Assembly (NCBI GenBank): GCA_000092065.1
Contig: CP000596.1
Source of the DNA: Ostreococcus lucimarinus
Lineage: Eukaryota
DNA: 64,000 bases
Reading direction: 5' to 3' (one strand)
Shown: one piece after another, positions 57,912 to 64,000 of the stretch
How positions within the stretch are numbered: position 1 is the stretch's first letter
Layout of the letters: every line of letters starts with the position of its first letter
Made by a program: the position numbers and the translations under genes
The notes under the pieces: model-generated
Database searches by the model: none
What the model saw: only the letters and a program-made list of their open reading frames with translations
Told to the model about the DNA's origin: nothing

Positions 57912-60863
57912 CTAACGCCCGGACGCGGATTTGCGATCGGCGATGAAGGCGGCGATCTTCTCGCGTAAGTCGTCGTCCGGGACGAGCTGGTCCGCGGTGA
58001 GGGGTTGGCGCGAGAAAGGGTCGGTTTCGTCGCTGAGCAAGTGTCGAGTGATGATGCTCCTGTCGCACGAGTGCCCGCTGGGAAGTTTGACCGGATCGCG
58101 CATGAGGGTGCAGTAGATCGGGTCGAGGAACTCGTCGGGAATGTCGCCGAGATCGGTCTCCTCTTCTTCGTCCTCGGAGGCGCGCGTGCGGGCGTCGGCG
58201 GCGAGTTTCTCGAACGCGGCGACGCGCCGCTCGGAGCGGAGCTGCAAACCGCGCGCGATGGCGGCGGCTTCGAGCATGACTTCGTCGCGATAGGACCGGC
58301 CGTCGGCGGCGATGGCGGCGATGAACGCTTTGTCCTTGTCCGCGGCGTAGATCTGGACGTAAATGTCGGTGATCATGCCGAGAAGCTCTTTAGGTTCCCA
58401 GCCGTACTTTTCGGGATTTTTAATCTTCAGCTTTCGGCGCTCGGGACCGGCGAGGAAGAGCAAGAAGTAATTCAGCATCGCAGCGACACGTTCGACCATC
58501 TCGGGGCGTAAGAATGGATGTGCGATGTCACACGAAGTGTACGCCATCATGCGTACGTGCACCATGGCGAGCGTGAGGTTAGATCGCAAATGACGCCGTG
58601 TCTGGCGAAACTCGCTCTCGCGTTCCTCGCGCTCTTGCTGCGGACGCGCCTCCCACGCCGCCTGGTCTTGCATGTCCGTCTCCGTCTGGCGCACCTCCGG
58701 AAGCTTTTTCATCGCCTCGTCTAGTAAGTAAATTGCATCATTGATGAGCATGTTCAGGAATCGAGTGTAAAATTCAGGGTCTTCGCTCGCGAGCTTGATC
58801 CATGCGTTTCGGTGCGATTGCACGGACCACAAGTATTCGCAAAGCTCACCGATTTGATATCGAACGTTGAACTTTTCGTAGAACTGGTTCGCGCCTCCCG
58901 AGAACTCGATGTCGACGTAGAGATACAGCAGACTCGGAATCAAGTTCTTCAAACTCACCGGGTTCACCTCGAATAAGGTCATGAGCTTTTGCGATTGGTA
59001 GCCATCCTCAAACGGGATCCAGTGGCGCAAGACTTCGACGAATTTGCATCGCAAGTACGGATTCTTCACGAATGCCGTGTTGCCCATGAATGTGATGAAG
59101 AAGTTCATAATCTCATCCAACGGCTCGTGATCGAGCGCGTCGGGGGCGTAGCGAGAGATGTACAGAATGAACTCCACCAAGTCCTCGATGACGTACTCGG
59201 GCAAGCACCCGAACGCCACCGGACACGTCTGAGGGAACTTGTCCATGGTGATTTGAGCAAAGGTGAATCCGTTCCCGGCCTCGTAGTCCCCATTCGTGGC
59301 GACGATACGCATGAGCCAAACAGCGACGAGACGATAGTACTGCATCGCCTCGCTGATCAGCCGCGGATCGCGAAGCGCGCAGTCGAATTGCAAATTTCTT
59401 TCGAGTGCGCGCTCAATCTCCGCAGTCATCTCTTCGTGTTTGCGCTCGTACCGCTCTCGCTCGGGCGAGCTCATCAATTGCTGGTCTAACATTCCTCGTA
59501 AATCCCGCACCGCCTCTCGCATGTCTTGGATCTCGCGCGTGCACGCCGCGTATTCGGCGATGCACTTGACGTAGCCCAAATGCAACGCTCGTCCGGTGAT
59601 GTAAAAGCACTCGCAAATGAATCCCCAATCTTCTTTGTCTTCCGACGTCGACAATTTAGCCGCTACAGCTTCGTCCGCGGTGCACGCGACGCGCGTCTCG
59701 TCCGTCAAATTGATCCTGCACGCGCGACTTCGTACGTACGCCGGGCTGATTTTGTCGTACTTGCCGCTCTGCGGATCCAAAAACGGCATCGCCAGACGCA
59801 ACGCCACCATGCTCAAATTGTGCGCACCACCGTGCGACGCGACGACTTGAGGATGGATGCGCATCTTGCCACGCCCGGCGTTGACGCGCATGAACGCATC
59901 TAGGTAGTTCAGCACGCCCTGGCGAACGTCGCCACCGTGTTTCAACATGACAAAGAGAATCTGATACAGTCCCTCGACCAGGCGATTGCCGCAGCCTCGT
60001 AACATGCCGTACGACGCCTCCACGTCTCGCTTCAATCGCTTCGTGACGTTACTAAAGTACGGGCCCACGCAGTCGGGCTCGCCGCATCCGAGAATGTCCG
60101 GCAACACGCTCGGTCTGAAGAACCAACCGAGCACGCTCTCCGTCTCAAACTGCCTCCCGTTAATCGCGCTCAGATGACTCTTCATCGGCACCCACCGCTT
60201 GTGCTTCACGAGCGCCGTCGCGAACGCTTTCACTGAGCACAGCTGATACATCACCTTTAAGTGCTCGTCAAACTCCCCCAACGGACTCATCCCTCGCGTC
60301 GACACGCGCAACTCGTCGAACACGCGCTCGGCGATTTCGTCCAAACCTTCGTCCTCGCACCGCGTCGCCAATCGCTCCAAATATCCGTGCGGTATCCCAC
60401 CCACCGTCCGCATCGCGTCCAACAACTGACACGCCCCTCGCCCGGCCGCCCACTCGCTCTGCGGAAACGTCCCCGCGAGCGCCGGATTCAACAACAACCC
60501 TCCGTACGACGCGCAAAATTCCATGCAACTCTGCAGCTCCTCCCGCGCCGCCGTCGACGCCCCATCGCTCTTCGTCCCCAACCTTCGATGTTCCTCCGTC
60601 GCCCGCCGGTACGTCTCCACCGTCCACGCGTACGGTTCCGCGCGCTCGTCGAACCCCGCGTTCGCGCCGCCGCCGCCGCCGTCGTCGCGCGCCAACCGCG
60701 CGAAGAAGACCCGCTCCAGCGTCTCCCCCGTCATCCTCAACACCGCGCTCGTCCCTCGCTCCTCTCGCAGCTCGCGCGCGAGATCTCCCAGAAACATCAC
60801 TCCACCATCGTCCGAGCCCGTCGCGGCGTCCAGCGCGCACCTGCGCGCGTCGTCGTTCGTCAT
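57912..60863 (-). CDS. UFD2: Ubiquitin conjugation factor E4 (UFD2/UBE4).
   Basis: A 983-aa single exon. The Ufd2 core is present. The C-terminal U-box reads IPDEFLDPIYCTLMRDPVKLPSGHSCDRSIITRHLLSDETDPFSRQPLTADQLVPDDDLREKIAAF. ATG at 60863. Confidence 0.9.
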   Translation of the reverse strand: MTNDDARRCALDAATGSDDGGVMFLGDLARELREERGTSAVLRMTGETLERVFFARLARDDGGGGGANAGFDERAEPYAWTVETYRRATEEHRRLGTKSDGASTAAREELQSCMEFCASYGGLLLNPALAGTFPQSEWAAGRGACQLLDAMRTVGGIPHGYLERLATRCEDEGLDEIAERVFDELRVSTRGMSPLGEFDEHLKVMYQLCSVKAFATALVKHKRWVPMKSHLSAINGRQFETESVLGWFFRPSVLPDILGCGEPDCVGPYFSNVTKRLKRDVEASYGMLRGCGNRLVEGLYQILFVMLKHGGDVRQGVLNYLDAFMRVNAGRGKMRIHPQVVASHGGAHNLSMVALRLAMPFLDPQSGKYDKISPAYVRSRACRINLTDETRVACTADEAVAAKLSTSEDKEDWGFICECFYITGRALHLGYVKCIAEYAACTREIQDMREAVRDLRGMLDQQLMSSPERERYERKHEEMTAEIERALERNLQFDCALRDPRLISEAMQYYRLVAVWLMRIVATNGDYEAGNGFTFAQITMDKFPQTCPVAFGCLPEYVIEDLVEFILYISRYAPDALDHEPLDEIMNFFITFMGNTAFVKNPYLRCKFVEVLRHWIPFEDGYQSQKLMTLFEVNPVSLKNLIPSLLYLYVDIEFSGGANQFYEKFNVRYQIGELCEYLWSVQSHRNAWIKLASEDPEFYTRFLNMLINDAIYLLDEAMKKLPEVRQTETDMQDQAAWEARPQQEREERESEFRQTRRHLRSNLTLAMVHVRMMAYTSCDIAHPFLRPEMVERVAAMLNYFLLFLAGPERRKLKIKNPEKYGWEPKELLGMITDIYVQIYAADKDKAFIAAIAADGRSYRDEVMLEAAAIARGLQLRSERRVAAFEKLAADARTRASEDEEEETDLGDIPDEFLDPIYCTLMRDPVKLPSGHSCDRSIITRHLLSDETDPFSRQPLTADQLVPDDDLREKIAAFIADRKSASGR

Positions 60864-61066
60864 CGAACGTCGTCGTCAATCTCAACAGAATCCATCGCTC
60901 GATCGCGCGCTCGCTCGCTCGCGCGCGCGCTCCCGCGCCTCGTCGCGCGCGCGCTCGACGCACCTCGTGCACCGCACCAGCGCCTCGTGCGCGCGCGCGT
61001 CGTCGTCGCTCGCGCGCGTCGCCATCGCGCCGATGAGTGTCGTCGTCTCCACACCTCGACCGCGCC

Positions 61067-61705
61067 ATGCTCGACGCCGCGACGCCGACGCTCGTCTTCG
61101 CGACGACGAACGATGGGAAACTGCGACGCATGCGCGAGCACCTGCGCCGCGCGCGCGCGCCGGCGCGCGTCGACGCGTGGCGCGGCGCGGCGATCGAGGA
61201 GATACAGGCAAACAGTGTCAGAGAAGTCGCGGTCGCGAAAGCGGCGCTGGCGCTCGAGCGGTGCGACCGCGCGTGCGCGGGCGTCGTCGCGCACGACTGC
61301 GGACTGTGCGTGCGCGCGCTCGGTGGGTTCCCGGGACCGTACACGAAGGATTTTAACTACAGGGTCGGGGGCGACGGGTTGAGAGCGCTGCTCGACGGCG
61401 CGGGCGCGATCGATCGAAGCGCGTGCTGGGACGAGACGCTGGTGCTGGCGCGCGAGGGTCGGGAGATGGTGGTGTTCACGCGCGAGAAGGAGTACGGGGA
61501 CGGGGAGGTGGGAGAGCCGAGAAAGTGGACGCGGTGGCGGGACGACGCGAGTCGAAGCGTCGGGAGCGTCTTCGTGGCGACGGGGTTCGGGTTCGATGAA
61601 CCGCTCGCGGACGTCTCCGAGGATGAGTATCAACGATTTCGAAGGGACGCACCGTCGGTTTGGTCGAGCTTCGCGACGTTCGTGAGAGAGAGCGGCGAGT
61701 TTTGA
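61067..61705 (+). CDS. Ham1/ITPase-family non-canonical purine NTP pyrophosphatase.
   Basis: TLVFATTNDGKLRRMREHL (compare FVTGNKNKLRE), ...DCGLCVRALGGFPGPYTKDF..., ...VFTREKEYGDGEVGEPRKW... and ...GFGFDEPLAD all fit the Ham1 pattern. The first ATG is at 61067; the track start at 61037 is a GTG. Confidence 0.75.
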   Translation: MLDAATPTLVFATTNDGKLRRMREHLRRARAPARVDAWRGAAIEEIQANSVREVAVAKAALALERCDRACAGVVAHDCGLCVRALGGFPGPYTKDFNYRVGGDGLRALLDGAGAIDRSACWDETLVLAREGREMVVFTREKEYGDGEVGEPRKWTRWRDDASRSVGSVFVATGFGFDEPLADVSEDEYQRFRRDAPSVWSSFATFVRESGEF

Positions 61706-61818
61706 GTGAGGAGTTTTTCGCTCGAGCGATTGGGAGGCGAACAGACACCTTTTTGCGAGCGGATAAAAACGCTCGGCGCGCGCAGACGACGACGCGCGGT
61801 CGAGTGAGATCGCGCTCG

Positions 61819-64000
61819 ATGACGACCGATGGCGTCCATGCCGTCGCTGTCGTCGCCGTCGACGCGCAGGCGAAGGGAGACGCGCGCGATGGTGACATTC
61901 AGCCCGCGGCGGCGCGCAGGCCCCCCGCGCTTCGCGTCCCGACGCCAAAGTACGACAACACGATGAGTCCTATGGGGCCGCTCTCGTCGCGTCGGTCGAC
62001 TTCGAGCGATTCCGCGGATGACACGACGATCGATTTCGACGATGACGACGAAGGGCCGATGAAGTCGTGTATTTTGCGTTTGCTAGATGGCGACAACGTC
62101 GCGAGAGAAGTCGTCGCTCGAACGCGCCGCCGCGACGTCGCGCTCCGACGACGGTTCAAAGGCGAAACGTTCGTCGTCGCGCGCGCACACACGAAATACG
62201 AGCGGGAAAAATGCTGCGCCGCACGAACGTATCAGATGCACGTGCTGCGATCGAGTGGGACGTGCGAGGAAACTTCTCGGTACGCCGCGGCACAGGCGTG
62301 TGAGGACGACGTCGCCGAGGTCAACTCCGATCCGGGCACGATGGAGTACTTCGTCGAGGTCGACGACCCGTTCGACACAAAAGTGTACGGCGTCATGCGT
62401 TTCGTACGGCGAGACGTGGACGCGTTGTTGAGAACTAGATTCGATGTTCCGACTCGCGAATCAATTTTGGGCGTCGACTTCGTCGTCGACCGGTTCTTCG
62501 CCACCACTGCGGCGAACGAAATCGCGGGCGAACCGGATGGGGCGACGTTTATTCGAACGCTCATGCTCGATGCCACTCGCAAGGAGGCTTGGCGAATGTC
62601 GCCGTGTCGCGCGGTGCCCATCTTGAGCGCAGTGCCGATCGACGTCGAAGGTGTCAAAGTCTTTGCGCATTCCGCGCGCGACGTCGCGGTGGTGGAGTGC
62701 GACGGCGTCGCGTGCGACGCCGACGTCATGGCTGAGCGTGAAGATTGGGTCACGCGCAAGTTTCTTACGTTATACGTCGTCCCGGCGTCGGCGCCCAACG
62801 AGGCTAAGAACGCGCTTTCGCCGGGCAAGAAGACTTGGCTCGCGTTTGCCGAGGCGCGCGGCGAGACCCTTCGCGACGATGCGACGAACGACGACGCACC
62901 GATGATTTTGACGCTTCACGCGTGTGCGCGGCAGAAAATCGAGTACAACGAGTCTATTCGACTATCATGTATGTATATCATCGCGGAAGCGTGCGGGGAA
63001 ACGCTCTCGGATGAGGAATCAGCAGGCGCCGTCGTGGACGCGCTCGGGTGCGCGCTTCGCGACGATTCCGGAAAGATTTCGCACACGTTGGAATTCGAAC
63101 GAAACGTCTCGCGAGATTTCGTCGATGCCGTCGAGTTTGTGCGCGGTGAGGACGCGTCGTCAACGAAACGCGCCGTGGTGTGCTTGCGCACCGCCTGCGA
63201 TGACGCAGATATTTTTATGGAATCGTTGGAGTCGTCCATGCGCGACGCGGAGACGGATGCCTGCGTGCTCGTCGCTCGATGCTCGACTTACGGCGATCAC
63301 TTGACGTTGTGCGACGGCGACGTGCTTCTTAGCGAAGCTTTAGCGCGCGCCGCATCGAGAGGTCTGTTCGTCGACGGCGGCGTATTCAAGGCGTTCGTGC
63401 GCGAGGACGCGTGTATCATCACCGCCCGTTTTGCGCGACGAGAATTCCGCGTTCGGCCGTCGACGCTCAAAGACGTCGACGCGTTGGTCGCCATCGAGGC
63501 CGAGGCGTGGGTTGAAACGCCAGAGATGCGGACGTCGCCGGAGACCGTGCGCGAGCGCGTTCAAAACAACGCGAGCATGAACTTTGTTGTGGAAGACATC
63601 AAGAGTGGAGACGTCCGAGGCGTCATGTACACGCAATACGTCGAAAGCGTCGACGCGCCGCTCGACGCCACGTGGGAGACGAAGGAGTCGAATCGCCGCG
63701 AGCCGAAATCGACGGATGTCGTTCAACTTCTGGACGTTTTTGTGGATCAGGCTTACGGCGCGAGGTGTGCGAGCGATTCGGGCGCGTCCGTCGGTCAAGA
63801 GCTTCGTAATTATGTGTTACACTACGCCGAGCAGACGGGATTGAGATACGCGTGCGCGGTGACGCGAACGCGAGGATTTCGCTCGACGCAAGCTTTGAAT
63901 CCGAATCTCACGTACGAAGCATACGTCCACGGCGACGCGCTCGATCGTGGCGTGTTCTTCCACACGTCTGCTGGCGCGGAAATCGTGCGCGTCGTTCGTC
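61819..64000 (+). CDS. Large unidentified protein, 5' part (727+ codons, no stop in the window). The C-terminal visible part resembles a GNAT-type acyl-CoA N-acyltransferase fold. The 3' end lies outside the window.
   Basis: The ATG-initiated frame from 61819 is open to the window end, with no stop in 727 codons. Codon bias is GC3-rich. FRVRPSTLKDVDALVAIEAEAW...VVQLLDVFVDQAYGARCASDSGASVGQELRNYVLHYAEQTGLRYACAVTRTRGF is GNAT-like. It is not in the ORF track because no stop is reached. Confidence 0.5.
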   Translation, partial: MTTDGVHAVAVVAVDAQAKGDARDGDIQPAAARRPPALRVPTPKYDNTMSPMGPLSSRRSTSSDSADDTTIDFDDDDEGPMKSCILRLLDGDNVAREVVARTRRRDVALRRRFKGETFVVARAHTKYEREKCCAARTYQMHVLRSSGTCEETSRYAAAQACEDDVAEVNSDPGTMEYFVEVDDPFDTKVYGVMRFVRRDVDALLRTRFDVPTRESILGVDFVVDRFFATTAANEIAGEPDGATFIRTLMLDATRKEAWRMSPCRAVPILSAVPIDVEGVKVFAHSARDVAVVECDGVACDADVMAEREDWVTRKFLTLYVVPASAPNEAKNALSPGKKTWLAFAEARGETLRDDATNDDAPMILTLHACARQKIEYNESIRLSCMYIIAEACGETLSDEESAGAVVDALGCALRDDSGKISHTLEFERNVSRDFVDAVEFVRGEDASSTKRAVVCLRTACDDADIFMESLESSMRDAETDACVLVARCSTYGDHLTLCDGDVLLSEALARAASRGLFVDGGVFKAFVREDACIITARFARREFRVRPSTLKDVDALVAIEAEAWVETPEMRTSPETVRERVQNNASMNFVVEDIKSGDVRGVMYTQYVESVDAPLDATWETKESNRREPKSTDVVQLLDVFVDQAYGARCASDSGASVGQELRNYVLHYAEQTGLRYACAVTRTRGFRSTQALNPNLTYEAYVHGDALDRGVFFHTSAGAEIVRVVR

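Noticed and set aside
1-64000. A viral origin (giant dsDNA algal virus), a prokaryotic origin, or the presence of a defence island, CRISPR array, rRNA or tRNA.
   Set aside because: There are spliceosomal introns. The genes are eukaryotic nuclear housekeeping and organelle-targeted ones. GC is about 65%, far above prasinovirus genomes. There are no repeat-spacer arrays and no rRNA-like conserved stretches. tRNAs cannot be excluded by eye, but no cloverleaf-like conserved boxes were noticed in the short spacers.

Overview
This window is a GC-rich (roughly two-thirds G+C), gene-dense stretch of eukaryotic nuclear DNA. I can support about 42 protein-coding genes on both strands, most of them intronless. 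Intergenic spacers are very short and often under 200 bp, and many gene pairs are head-to-head. GC3 bias is strong.

The gene content mixes plastid-type proteins (an HCF101-like Fe-S scaffold, a ClpP/ClpR subunit, solanesyl-diphosphate synthase, shikimate kinase, a CYP38-like lumenal PPIase, an organellar GyrA) with mitochondrial ones (cytochrome c1, cytochrome c heme lyase) and ordinary nuclear housekeeping genes (SDA1, RPF2, LAS1, Fcf2-like, ELP1, TRM11, USP14, UFD2, MON1, a YEATS protein). The few introns are short and share a GTRCGY donor, an ACTGAC branch point and a CGCAG acceptor. Several 3' regions carry TGTAA. From composition and content the best guess is a small prasinophyte green alga (a Mamiellales/Micromonas-like nuclear chromosome). 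That is inferred from composition only.

I did not recognise any rRNA, tRNA, CRISPR array or transposon. Nothing looks like a prokaryotic defence island.

The ORF track uses ATG, GTG and TTG as starts. It cannot report ORFs that run off the window edge and it cannot see introns. As a result it misses a TRM11 5' micro-exon, the SDA1 exon structure, and two partial genes at the window ends. I re-derived many start codons by hand. Two ORF-track ends (33802 and 49746) disagreed with my own position counts by one base, so a few coordinates may be off by 1.

The most unusual items are two genes built from near-identical tandem repeats that each encode a cysteine-rich module: a Ser/Thr kinase with four C2C2 knuckles separated by H1-like Lys/Ala linkers, and a protein made of three copies of a ~240-bp CxxC...CxxCH unit. 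Other items of note are a ClpP-family gene with Ala at the catalytic-serine position, a shared (TCGAA)n element in two 5' regions, and several overlapping or near-overlapping divergent start codons.
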